Shown piece after piece: positions 40,133 to 49,625 of a DNA stretch of 64,000 nucleotides. Position 1 is the first letter of the stretch. Each line of letters begins with the position of its first letter. The notes beneath the pieces are model-generated. The model was not told where the DNA came from. It was given only the letters and a program-made list of their open reading frames with translations, and did not search any database. Position numbers and translations under genes: made by a program. The stretch lies in contig JBBPIE010000013.1 in assembly GCA_038040485.1 (NCBI GenBank), positions 84,209 to 148,208 of the forward strand, read 5' to 3'. Origin of the DNA: Candidatus Onstottus arcticum. Its GTDB lineage: Bacteria > Acidobacteriota > Blastocatellia > UBA7656.

Positions 40133-42886
40133 ATGCCTAAGCTGTCCGGAACTGCTCGCCTTCGGCTGAGCGTGGCTCTTGCTTTGGTCCTCCTTGCGTC
40201 CGGCTTCGCCGATTCAGTCTTGTTGACGGCAAGCGCGGCGCAAAACTCAGCCGCTTCCTCCAAAACGAAAAACAGCGTCAGTGAAGAGACTTCTCGTCCC
40301 CGCTCGGTCACTGCCAACGAGAAGAGGCCCGCTGAGCCGGTCGTTCGAATCGCGCTGATGACCGACCAGACATCAGTCTCGCTCAGCTCCGATTCAGGTC
40401 TTGTCGTGAGCCGCTCGTCGCCCGGCGCGCGAGACGACAGAATCGCAAACGGACTCCTGGGAGCGCAGGCATCCCTGCCTGCTGCGATCCGCATTGAGCT
40501 GCGCGAACCCTCGCGAGCCGCAGCATCCCGCGCGCCTGCGTATCGCATCGCCGTCGAGTCGACCGACGATCTTCGCCACGCGCGCAAGCTGGCCGGTGAA
40601 CTGACCAGCAAGTTCGGCGAGCAAGCGGCTGTCGCTTTTGACTCAAAAGAAAAAGAGTACGACGTCGTCATCGGACGATTCGAGGAGCAGGCCGGCGCAA
40701 ACCCGTTGCTCGCGCGGCTGCGCCGCTCGGGTTACGCCGACGCCCGAATCGTGAAGGAAACGAACGAACCGGAATCTTTGGGGAAAGACAGCAACTCGAA
40801 GCAGGCCAAAGCGAAATCTCAAAGCGATAAAGATGATCGCTCGACGAGCAAGTCTGCGCGAACAACGCAGATCGCCGCCGTCGAATCCGGCAAACTGATC
40901 GCTGCAAACGACGAGCGCCTCATCGTCTTCGCTGCGAAAGCTTCGAGCGATCGATTCGACAGGGCTGATCGTGAGCCGAAGAAGCCAGGCAATGACGAAC
41001 CCGAGTCCGACGAACGTCGCGAACCGAACTCGCGCGCGAACACCACCGATAAGCCGCTCGCGGTCCGCGTTGGCGACAAAGAGTACCGCGGCGAGATTCA
41101 TCTGGTTATGAACCGGCGGGGCCGGATCAACGTGATCAACGCCGTGTCGATGGAAGACTATCTTCGCGGCGTCGTTCCGATGGAGCTTTCACCGGGACAG
41201 TATCCGGCAATCGAAGCTCTCAAGGCCCAGGCGATAGCCGCGCGAACCTACGCGCTTGCGAATCAGGATCAGCACGGTGATGAAGGCTTCGATTTGTATG
41301 ACGACGCTCGCTCGCAGGTCTACGCGGGGCTGACCTGCGAGCGCGAGCTGAGCAACCGCGCGGTCGAAGAGACTCGCGGGATGATTGCGGTAGTCGTCGA
41401 TGAAGCGGGACACGCCTCGCCGATTCAAGCCTTGTACACTGCGAACTGCGGCGGCAGCACTGAAAACAACGAAGCGGTGTTCGGCGGCGCTCCGCTTCCC
41501 TACCTGCGCGGCGTAGCTTGCGCGCCTGATCGCGCTACCGTTGCCGAACGCGACATTGCGACCAGTCGAATCGCGGATCGCTCTGTTGATAATGAAGACC
41601 GGCCGATTCTTCGCAGCGCCGCGCTTCTCGAAGTGCTCGGCTTTCAGTTGCCACAACGCCTGACAAGCAGCTACCTCCGGAGCTCACCCGATCAGGCTGA
41701 AGTGACAAGATGGATCGAGCGAGCAGCCAGACTGACTCAGAAAGACAAGCCGTCCTTCGGGCGCGGCGACGCGACTCGATTGCCGGGATTCGCGCGGCTG
41801 GTAGCGGCAGCGGTTTACGGCGAAGGACGCGCGAGTTTGCTGTTGCCGCCTGCCGACGTGGATTACCTGCTCGGCGGGCTCGGCGGCGAGAGCCTGCCTC
41901 GGGAATCGCGCGCCGACGTTGCGATGCTGCTGAAGGATGGGGTGCTAGCCGCGCCGTCGCTCGACACTCGCACGCCGCTCACTCGCGCGCAGATTATCGA
42001 GACGCTCGCGCGAGCGCTCAGCCTCAAACCTCAAGTTCCAAATCTCCGATCTCAGATCTCGGATCTGAGATTTGCAACGGCGCAACCGTCAGACAGCGGG
42101 CGGGTCTTGATTGCTTCAACCGCTTTGGCGAGATCCGAACCCCGCGCAAAGGAGCAGCGCGCCGCTGACAACACCGCTATGCAGACCAATCGACTTCCAC
42201 CTTCGAAGAGCGGAACGCGGTCGAGCGAGCTTACGACTCGGGAGATCTCGGCGCGCCAGTCACCACACGCAACGAGTTCACAGCCTAAGTCGATTTCGCA
42301 AACAGATGGCTTTGAGGTCGAAGACAACGCGTGGCTGTTTCGAAGCATGGGCGGCGAGAGCTACGCAGTAGACCGGGTTGCGTTGATCGGCGGCGAGCGC
42401 ATCATTTACCACTTGAACACGCGAGGGCGGATCGATTTCCTGGAAGCGACGCCTTCCGAGCGCGGCGCTTCGAGTGATCGCTTCTCGAGCATCGCGCAAT
42501 GGAATGTGCGATTGACGCGCGACGAGATGGAACGGCGGCTTGCGCGATCTCGAGTCAACGTCGGCAAGCTAGAATCAATCGAGCCGGTCGCGTTCAGCAC
42601 GTCGCATCGCGTGACCGAAGTCGAAGTAACCGGCGACGAAGGTCACGCCCGATTGCGCGGCCGCCAGATCATCGGCGCACTCGGTTTGCGAGAGAATCTG
42701 TTTGTTGTAGACGCGGAAAAGGACTCGCGAGGAGAAGTGACCGCGTTCGTGTTCACCGGCCGCGGCTGGGGTCACGGAGTCGGGTTGTGCCAGACCGGCG
42801 CGTTTGGCCTGGCGAAAGAAGGCTACTCTTACACGGCGATTCTTCAGAAGTACTACACGGACGTGAAAATCCAAAAGGCTTATTAG
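40133..42886 (+). CDS. SPOR-domain plus SpoIID/LytB-domain protein
   Basis: Signal peptide; SPOR-like region (YRIAVEST..EYDVVIGRFE..A..L...GY.DARIV); SpoIID domain (AVSMEDYLRGVVPMEL, AQAIAARTYAL, FDLYDD..SQVYAG); contains an in-frame copy of the REP-like unit at about 40455-40485. Confidence 0.8.
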   Translation: MPKLSGTARLRLSVALALVLLASGFADSVLLTASAAQNSAASSKTKNSVSEETSRPRSVTANEKRPAEPVVRIALMTDQTSVSLSSDSGLVVSRSSPGARDDRIANGLLGAQASLPAAIRIELREPSRAAASRAPAYRIAVESTDDLRHARKLAGELTSKFGEQAAVAFDSKEKEYDVVIGRFEEQAGANPLLARLRRSGYADARIVKETNEPESLGKDSNSKQAKAKSQSDKDDRSTSKSARTTQIAAVESGKLIAANDERLIVFAAKASSDRFDRADREPKKPGNDEPESDERREPNSRANTTDKPLAVRVGDKEYRGEIHLVMNRRGRINVINAVSMEDYLRGVVPMELSPGQYPAIEALKAQAIAARTYALANQDQHGDEGFDLYDDARSQVYAGLTCERELSNRAVEETRGMIAVVVDEAGHASPIQALYTANCGGSTENNEAVFGGAPLPYLRGVACAPDRATVAERDIATSRIADRSVDNEDRPILRSAALLEVLGFQLPQRLTSSYLRSSPDQAEVTRWIERAARLTQKDKPSFGRGDATRLPGFARLVAAAVYGEGRASLLLPPADVDYLLGGLGGESLPRESRADVAMLLKDGVLAAPSLDTRTPLTRAQIIETLARALSLKPQVPNLRSQISDLRFATAQPSDSGRVLIASTALARSEPRAKEQRAADNTAMQTNRLPPSKSGTRSSELTTREISARQSPHATSSQPKSISQTDGFEVEDNAWLFRSMGGESYAVDRVALIGGERIIYHLNTRGRIDFLEATPSERGASSDRFSSIAQWNVRLTRDEMERRLARSRVNVGKLESIEPVAFSTSHRVTEVEVTGDEGHARLRGRQIIGALGLRENLFVVDAEKDSRGEVTAFVFTGRGWGHGVGLCQTGAFGLAKEGYSYTAILQKYYTDVKIQKAY

Positions 42887-42915
42887 GGTAATAATATCGT
42901 TGACATTATTACCCT
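42885..42915. terminator. AT-rich perfect hairpin (AGGGTAATAAT-atcgttgac-ATTATTACCCT) between convergent genes
   Basis: Direct reading; lies between the SpoIID stop and the WD40 gene stop. Confidence 0.5.
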
Positions 42916-42971
42916 TATTAGCTCGTCTTACTGACGTAGAATGAGTGGCTCAATTAGCCGCGCGTTGCGGG

Positions 42972-45900
42972 CTATTGCCCGCTGGGAAGCGTGGGCCACA
43001 ACCTCACCGAGCCGTCTTTCGTGCTGGTAATCATTATGCGATTGTCTGGCGAAAACGCGATCGAATCAAGCGCCTGTTTTGCAGGCTCACTATAGAGCGT
43101 GACCAGCCTGCGATAAGACGCGGTACTCCACAACGTGACCTGTCCGCCGATGTCTCCCGTGGCGAGGACTTTGGAGTCCGCGGAAAACGCCATGCAGGAG
43201 ATGGAACTCTGAAGACCGCCGAGCCAGGCGAGCGGCCCGCCAGGTTCAAGATGTTCCATATCCCACAATTCTACAGATGGGCCGAGCTTCGTATTGCCGG
43301 ATATCGCAAGGAATCTGCCGTCGAGCGAAAAAGTTGCGAGTAATGTGGCGCCTCCTCCCACAGCGAAAGGGCCCTTGAATTGTCTCGGTGCGCCCTGTGC
43401 GTCCGGAGCATTCCTTCCCGAAGCCTTCACCAGAGTCATAATGAGCTGTCGAGAGCGAGCATCCCACATCTCAGCGGTCAATCCATAATCTTCGCTTGAC
43501 CCTATGACAACCATTTTGGAGCTGTCGGGCGAAAAGACTAGCGAGTGAACCGAGAGGATATGAGCATTGTCCAGGGTCGATGCTGTTTTAGAAGCGATAT
43601 CCCACAACTCCACTTTTCCCTTAGTATCAGCGTCGTCAAAACAGGCGAGTGTCTTTCCATCAGGCGAAAACTCCATACCAGATACCTTGCCGCTGTCAGT
43701 CGGAGCTTTAAGAACGAAGGGCTGATCCTGCAAATCTTCGTTCCACAACTCCAAGCCCCATCCGGTGTGGACGCTGTTGTCGTTTTCTTTCGTTTCGATC
43801 CAGTTAAGCGCGACTACGTTCTTTCCATCAGGTGAGACTACGAGCTCCCTAACAGCTTTTCGGCCCTTCTCAGGCGGATTAACGTTGAAAGTGGCCGTCA
43901 ACTTTAGCGGCTGAGTTTGCCATAGTTTTATCGTGCTGGCGCTGCTCAGAATCGCGACAAATCGTCCGCCAGGAGAGTTGCCGACAGTGGGATAGGGTTG
44001 CGCAAACTCAGCGGAAAGTTTCAATTCTTGCCGCGACTCAGCGTCCCACATCCTGACTTGGGCTGTTTCCCTCGTGCCGTCGGTTATGAAGCGTCCCGTG
44101 TCATAGCGAGCGAGCATCAAAACCGACTTACTGTCCGGTAAGATGAAGGGGGTTTTGATGCCTCTATCGCCGCTTTCGACGGCGACGGAATCTCGGGGAT
44201 TGCGCGTGTTCCAGAGTCTCACCTTTCCGGCATCGTTTGCTGCCAACTTCTCTCCGTCGGGAGAAAAGGTTAACGAGGTTATCCAGCCCTCTTGTCCCAA
44301 GAGCGGAGCTATCAACTCAGGAGACTCTCGCTCCCCGGGTCGTGGCGCTTTATATAGCCGCAATGTGTTATGGCCGCCAATGGCAAACTTGTTTCCCTGA
44401 GGAGCGAAAGCCATCACGGTAGGCGAGAATTCCGGAGCGGCAAGAGCATCCGCGAATCCTACCGCGGCCAACGGATCCTTCATCTTTGTGTCAAACACTA
44501 TGAAGCTGTTTCCGATATTAGTCCCCAGGATGATTGTTTTACCATCGGGTGAAAACCTCACTGACTCCCCACCCCCTGGGCTATCCAGGGAAAGCCGTCC
44601 CGAATCGACGTCGAAGAGCCGCAGCGTGCCGTCCCAGCCGACTGTAGCGAGCGTCTTTTCATCGGGCGACAGCGCAAGGTCAATTACGCTTCCTGTGACG
44701 CCAGCAATCTCCATCCGTTTCTTCGACGTTGCAAGATTCCACGCCACAACGCGACCCTCATTGCTGATCTCTCTCGCGCTGCCCGTAAAGAGCGTCTTCC
44801 CGTCGCGCGAGAAGACAAGCGAGGTGATCCGCAAACCATCTCCCGGAAGCACCGCAGGGGCTTCGGTTGACGTGAGTTTGTGCAACATCACCCGCGAGTC
44901 GCCGCTGCAGGCCAGAATGCTGCCGTCGGGCGAGACCGCCAAAACGTTAACAGGAACACCTCCGGTTGGAAGAGTTCTCAACTCTTGCATGGTTGAAGCG
45001 TCCCAGAGCTTGACCGCATGGTCGCCTGCGGTTGCCAGATACTTTCCGTCGGGAGAAAAAACCACGTCTCTTACAATTCCATCGCCGCAGTCCAGCGTTC
45101 CCGCTTCCCTGTGATAAAGCCAGTTTAGATAGCCCCACTCGAAGCTGCGCAAATCCTCCTGATTGGTCGAAGGATCTTCAAGCAACTCCCGCGCGTGCTG
45201 GACGTTCTCGTCGTAGTAAGCCTCCTGCGCGAGATTGATATTCGCCGCGTAAAGCAACTTGCGCGACCGCTCGCCTTCTGCCCTGGCCCTGGCTTCTCCT
45301 TCTTCGGCTCTCTTTTTTTCTCTCCCTGCTTCTGCCGCCGCCGATTCAGCCTTCTCTTCATTATCCTTTGCGATGCGCGCCTGGTAGCCGGCCTGCTCCT
45401 CTGCAAGACCCGCTGCTACTGAGTTCTGATAAGCAGTATCGGCCGCCTTCTCAGCGTTATTCCGCTCCTTATCGGCCCTGTCTCGCTGCTCATTGGCTTC
45501 CACCAAAGCGGCCTCAAGTTGCTGCTTTGATTCATTCGCCTCGACTCTTTTGCTGTTTGCGAAAACAAGCGCACCGAGCGATAAAAGGAACGCGAGAGCG
45601 AAAATGAGAGCTGTCAATCGCGTTCGCTTAATCTCTTTCCTGCGCTGCGCTTCACGGTCGCGCGCTTCTTTGTCGCGCGCCTCGCGGCTTTCGTCCAGGA
45701 AATTCATCGCCGCTTCAAACTCCGGATAATAACGACGCGCCCACGTCTTGTTAGGCTTGCTTCCATCGCGCCAATCCAGCGCAAGCTGCAAATCAGGGTC
45801 GCGATATAATCCCGCTTCTCCCTTCTCGTGCAAGACCGATGTTTCGGCCAGTCGGCGATAGATGCGGGCGGACCGCGCTTCTTCATCGACCCACGCTTTC

Positions 45901-47120
45901 AATCGTTCCCAGTTGCGAATCAAGCTCTCGTGCGAAATGTCTACAAGCGAGTCCACGTTGAGCGGAGTCCCGGCGGGCGGCATAAGAAACGATCTGTCTT
46001 CACGGCGAAAGACTTCGATGACGGCGATCACTTCCGCTTCGCTTGCCTCAGCCAGCGCGCAAAGCTCCTTCAATTCAATCGGGCGGCGTATCTCCCGGTT
46101 GTCCGACCCCTTCTCGGTGAGACCTTTGAATATCTTTTCGGCAATCGCGCCGCTCCGCTCGCCCTTCAGATCGTTGTAAGCTTCATCGGCATGACGAGAA
46201 AGCGCCGCGCTCATCTCTCCTATCGCCTCGTAGTGCTGAAGGTCGATAGGCTCTCTGTCTTGATTCTCTTCCTTCCATCTATTCCACGTTCGCATGAGCG
46301 CGTGCTGAAGGATGGGCAATTGATCGGGATTGTCTCCCATGTCATTCAGCAGCCGATTGACCAGGCGCGGCGCGATGCCGGCTCCGCAGACGGCAGCCGG
46401 TCCCGTGATGGCTTCTCGCCGCTGATCGCGCGTGAGCCGCGGAATCAAGTACTGTCCTTCGTTGATGGCTTCGGGCAGGTCCCAGAACAACGAACAGTCG
46501 CCCAGAAAATCAGAGCGCATTGTTAGCACTACATAAATCGGAACGTCTCTTTGGCGCGCTGCTTCCAGCAACAGCTTAACGAAGGCTGCCGCTTCGTTCT
46601 GGTATCGCTCGCTTGCGGCGACCTGCGCAAAGCGAAACAACTCTTCAAACTGGTCAACTACGACGAGCAGGTGTTCGTGAAGACCGATCTGCGCGAGGCG
46701 AACAGCTTCGACAAGGCCGAGGCTGCCGCGTCGCAAGGTTGACTCGATCATCGTCGCCTGAACTGGCGCGGTTCCGCCGCCTGGAGAGCCGAACAGGCCC
46801 GACTCGTCGATTGCGCGGGCGAGGTTGCCAATCGGATCGTTGCTCGGCCTCAGGATTGCGATTCGCCAATCCGAATCCGCGCTCGTCATGAACCCGCCAA
46901 ACAGCGCGGGCAGCAATCCCGCGCGCACGAGCGATGACTTGCCGCTTCCCGAAGTGCCAACCACAGCCATAAAGCGCGTGCTGACGAGCTTGCGAAGCAA
47001 CTGCTCGCTTTGGCCATCGCGCCCGAAATACAACAGGCTTTCTTGAAACTCGAATGGCCGCAAGCCGGGAAAGGGATTAGAAGGGGTTTCCGTTTGCGTC
47101 ATCATGTAGTCGGCTATCAT
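42972..47120 (-). CDS. nSTAND-type P-loop NTPase with an internal TM helix, a long coiled-coil and a C-terminal WD40 beta-propeller (at least 14 repeats)
   Basis: N-terminal NPFPGLRPFEFQESLLYFGRDGQ motif and Walker A GTSGSGKSSLVRAG; hydrophobic helix LTALIFALAFLLSLGALVFA flanked by R/K/E-rich segments; multiple WD40 repeats (SPDGK.LA..G.D..v.LWD). Confidence 0.8.
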   Translation of the reverse strand: MIADYMMTQTETPSNPFPGLRPFEFQESLLYFGRDGQSEQLLRKLVSTRFMAVVGTSGSGKSSLVRAGLLPALFGGFMTSADSDWRIAILRPSNDPIGNLARAIDESGLFGSPGGGTAPVQATMIESTLRRGSLGLVEAVRLAQIGLHEHLLVVVDQFEELFRFAQVAASERYQNEAAAFVKLLLEAARQRDVPIYVVLTMRSDFLGDCSLFWDLPEAINEGQYLIPRLTRDQRREAITGPAAVCGAGIAPRLVNRLLNDMGDNPDQLPILQHALMRTWNRWKEENQDREPIDLQHYEAIGEMSAALSRHADEAYNDLKGERSGAIAEKIFKGLTEKGSDNREIRRPIELKELCALAEASEAEVIAVIEVFRREDRSFLMPPAGTPLNVDSLVDISHESLIRNWERLKAWVDEEARSARIYRRLAETSVLHEKGEAGLYRDPDLQLALDWRDGSKPNKTWARRYYPEFEAAMNFLDESREARDKEARDREAQRRKEIKRTRLTALIFALAFLLSLGALVFANSKRVEANESKQQLEAALVEANEQRDRADKERNNAEKAADTAYQNSVAAGLAEEQAGYQARIAKDNEEKAESAAAEAGREKKRAEEGEARARAEGERSRKLLYAANINLAQEAYYDENVQHARELLEDPSTNQEDLRSFEWGYLNWLYHREAGTLDCGDGIVRDVVFSPDGKYLATAGDHAVKLWDASTMQELRTLPTGGVPVNVLAVSPDGSILACSGDSRVMLHKLTSTEAPAVLPGDGLRITSLVFSRDGKTLFTGSAREISNEGRVVAWNLATSKKRMEIAGVTGSVIDLALSPDEKTLATVGWDGTLRLFDVDSGRLSLDSPGGGESVRFSPDGKTIILGTNIGNSFIVFDTKMKDPLAAVGFADALAAPEFSPTVMAFAPQGNKFAIGGHNTLRLYKAPRPGERESPELIAPLLGQEGWITSLTFSPDGEKLAANDAGKVRLWNTRNPRDSVAVESGDRGIKTPFILPDSKSVLMLARYDTGRFITDGTRETAQVRMWDAESRQELKLSAEFAQPYPTVGNSPGGRFVAILSSASTIKLWQTQPLKLTATFNVNPPEKGRKAVRELVVSPDGKNVVALNWIETKENDNSVHTGWGLELWNEDLQDQPFVLKAPTDSGKVSGMEFSPDGKTLACFDDADTKGKVELWDIASKTASTLDNAHILSVHSLVFSPDSSKMVVIGSSEDYGLTAEMWDARSRQLIMTLVKASGRNAPDAQGAPRQFKGPFAVGGGATLLATFSLDGRFLAISGNTKLGPSVELWDMEHLEPGGPLAWLGGLQSSISCMAFSADSKVLATGDIGGQVTLWSTASYRRLVTLYSEPAKQALDSIAFSPDNRIMITSTKDGSVRLWPTLPSGQ

Positions 47121-47122
47121 CG

Positions 47123-48685
47123 CTACGCTCCCTTCGCTTTCTTGACTCGTTCGAGAAAGGGCTCCAACTGCTCAGGCGAGAACGCCTCGTAGTTCTTGAT
47201 CACGAGTGAATCGTGATCCCTGACCCGCTCTTTGGAATCGGTTGGCGGACCGCTTATGTAGATCGCTTTCACAGCTAGCGGCTCCGCGCGGCCATATCCC
47301 GCGATCTTGAGCAATTCGCGCTGCTTCATGCGCAGCCAGAGCTCGTTGGCGCGCCCGTAAAAGATCATCACCGCGTCGCACATCAACAGGTTGTCTTTGT
47401 GGTCCTGGATTATCTGGGTTTCATCGCCTTCGGTCGCGGGCAAAGTCACATCTACGCCTTTGTCAAAAAGATAGTCTTCGATGGGTTTGACCGCATCCAT
47501 ATCCTGTCTGTCACAGATCAAATACACGGACGCGGTGTGTCCATTGCTGGCCGCCGACGCGCTGGAGTCAGGTATGGCCTGGCGGTTCAGCTTCTCTTGA
47601 ATAACGGTCTTCAGATCTTCAAGCTTTGTTTCGAGCAGGTCTGTGGCTTTCTGACTGCTGAGTCCCAATCGCAACTTATTGACGAATCTTTGCTGAGACT
47701 CGTCTTGCGCCTTAAGCCCAACCGGCATCCAGATTATTCGCTGCAACCCGTCGCGACAGTTGGCAGACAACTCGTGCTGCAACTCGATCATTGAACGGCT
47801 CTCGCCTTCAGCGATGACGCCGTAGTGCTCGCCGATCAGATGCACCGCAAGCGTACTGCGGCTGAGGTAATTGCCAACCTCTTGCTCGAATGCCGCCCCG
47901 ATCAAGGGCAAGGCTTTGTCGGGAAGCACCTCGTAGCCGCGTAGCTGCAAATCGCGTTTGATCGTGTCCCGTTGTTCTGTAAGGTCGGATGAAGTCTCCG
48001 CCAGGTAGATAGTTGCCTCTGAAGGCGAGGCGGGCGATTCTGCTGGTCCGGAACCGCTGCGCAAAGTCTCAATCAACTGTTTGATGTCATAGGCCAGGTC
48101 GTCCAGCTTTTCCCAATAGCGAATGTCCCGAGCCGGAACGACTTCCGAATTGAACTCGTGAGCACGGTCGCGCATCTGGTCGTACTCGTAGAACTCATAC
48201 CCGAGCGCGCCTTGTAGAACCGGCGGGTGTTGCCCGCGGGAGATGTGGGTCTTCACGACTTTGAAGATTCGCAACTTGTCGCCGACGCGAAGCCCGGCGT
48301 TCATTTCCGCGCGCCGCGAAAATTCATCCAGCTCTCTCAGGCACCATTCGGATTTGACGTACCGAGGCGAAAGGATGGAGACGAGAATCGCCGACTGTCC
48401 GACGCGGTCAATGAGCGTGTCGGCAAAGATATCGTTGCCTTGCAATTTGCGGTCGCGCCAGATTCGCGCCTCCTCGCCAAGCAGTTGAGCAAGACGGACC
48501 CTGAGCCTTTCGTGAAGCGCCTCGACCCATCCCGTCAGTCCCTTGTCGAGAGGCTGATTATCGATGTGCGCGTAGCTGATAAAGATGTCGTGCTTGAAGG
48601 TTGGCATAGCTTCCACATCATCCTTGAAGACATATCGCCGGACTGGACGCCGTAAGATCGCGTTGTCGAGAAACTGCATCCGCAC
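47123..48685 (-). CDS. TIR-domain protein followed by two further TIR/SLOG-like alpha/beta domains; putative NAD+-targeting effector
   Basis: HDIFISYAHIDN...SILVSILSPRYVKSEWCLREL TIR signature at the N-terminus; two downstream segments with a TIR-like beta-alpha pattern (ATIYLAETSSD..., ASVYLICDRQD...); 2-bp gap to the downstream NTPase gene. Confidence 0.75.
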   Translation of the reverse strand: MRMQFLDNAILRRPVRRYVFKDDVEAMPTFKHDIFISYAHIDNQPLDKGLTGWVEALHERLRVRLAQLLGEEARIWRDRKLQGNDIFADTLIDRVGQSAILVSILSPRYVKSEWCLRELDEFSRRAEMNAGLRVGDKLRIFKVVKTHISRGQHPPVLQGALGYEFYEYDQMRDRAHEFNSEVVPARDIRYWEKLDDLAYDIKQLIETLRSGSGPAESPASPSEATIYLAETSSDLTEQRDTIKRDLQLRGYEVLPDKALPLIGAAFEQEVGNYLSRSTLAVHLIGEHYGVIAEGESRSMIELQHELSANCRDGLQRIIWMPVGLKAQDESQQRFVNKLRLGLSSQKATDLLETKLEDLKTVIQEKLNRQAIPDSSASAASNGHTASVYLICDRQDMDAVKPIEDYLFDKGVDVTLPATEGDETQIIQDHKDNLLMCDAVMIFYGRANELWLRMKQRELLKIAGYGRAEPLAVKAIYISGPPTDSKERVRDHDSLVIKNYEAFSPEQLEPFLERVKKAKGA

Positions 48686-48905
48686 TAAGTGAATGCCTTC
48701 ATTTGAATGATCAGGCTTAATCCTGAAATCCGACTGGGCCGCTTGACGTACCCGTTCTACTCTCAGGGTTTGGTCATGTCAATGCGGGTGATGTACTCCA
48801 CCAAAGCGTGTTTGAAGAGTTGCTGGTCGGCGCGCCTTCCAGTGCCTTCATTCTATCTCTTCTGACCCGTCTGCCGGCCGAGCCTCGCAAGCCAAACAGC
48901 GCTTC

Positions 48906-48934
48906 GCCGATCTGATTTTCGATTCATCCACATC
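48906..48934 (+). promoter_or_regulatory. Candidate sigma70-like promoter (TTCGAT, 16 nt, TATAAT) upstream of the pentaheme cytochrome gene
   Basis: TATAAT hexamer at about 48928-48933, 34 nt upstream of the ATG; weak -35 element. Confidence 0.25.
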
Positions 48935-48967
48935 GTCTGTATAATCTGGCGTCGCGCCACGCGGTCT

Positions 48968-49519
48968 GTGCGACCGAGCATCATCACGTTCAATCAAGCA
49001 ATGCTCTCTCTGACTAAACTCATTCTCTTGTCGGTCGCGGTCATCGCAGTCGGCGGCTTCTTTCTGTTACGCGCGACCGCGAGACCCGAGGCGCCTCGCC
49101 AACCAATCAACTTCGATCATTGGCAGCACGTTTCATCAAAGGAAGGACCTGAGCTCGACTGCACATTCTGTCACGAACACGTGGACAAGTCTGCGCATGC
49201 GACGATCCCGAATGCTGAAACCTGCATGACCTGTCACGAGACGATCAAGCCCGACAGCGCCGAAGTGCAAAAGCTCGCGGCATTCTCAAATCGCAAAGAA
49301 CAACCGCCGTGGCAGCGCGTCTACTGGTTTGAGCGCGACGCTAACGTGTTCTTCTCGCACAAGGCGCACAACCGAGCCGGTGTTGAATGCTCATCTTGTC
49401 ACGGCGAAGTAGGCACATCCCATCGAGTGGGACGTGAGGTAAATCAAACAATGGGCTGGTGCATCGATTGCCACCGCCGGCGAGCCGCAAGCGTGGATTG
49501 CTACGTGTGTCATAGATAG
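48968..49519 (+). CDS. Membrane-anchored pentaheme c-type cytochrome (ActA/NrfB-like)
   Basis: Five CxxCH motifs (CTFCH, CMTCH, CSSCH, CIDCH, CYVCH); N-terminal TM helix. Confidence 0.85.
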   Translation: MRPSIITFNQAMLSLTKLILLSVAVIAVGGFFLLRATARPEAPRQPINFDHWQHVSSKEGPELDCTFCHEHVDKSAHATIPNAETCMTCHETIKPDSAEVQKLAAFSNRKEQPPWQRVYWFERDANVFFSHKAHNRAGVECSSCHGEVGTSHRVGREVNQTMGWCIDCHRRRAASVDCYVCHR

Positions 49520-49621
49520 GTTTCTAGTTTGTGGTTTCTGGTTTCTGGTTCCACAGAACAGGTCAAGCGGAGCCGAACGAAAAACCACAAACCAGAAACT
49601 AGAAACCAGAAACTAGAAACC
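49520..49621. repeat. Hairpin with a roughly 30-bp stem built from tandem GTTTCTRG heptamers, between the first and second genes of the ACIII-like operon
   Basis: gtttctagtttgtggtttctggtttctggttcc ... accacaaaccagaaactagaaaccagaaactagaaacc; it ends 5 nt before the ATG at 49626. Confidence 0.8.
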
Positions 49622-49625
49622 GCAT

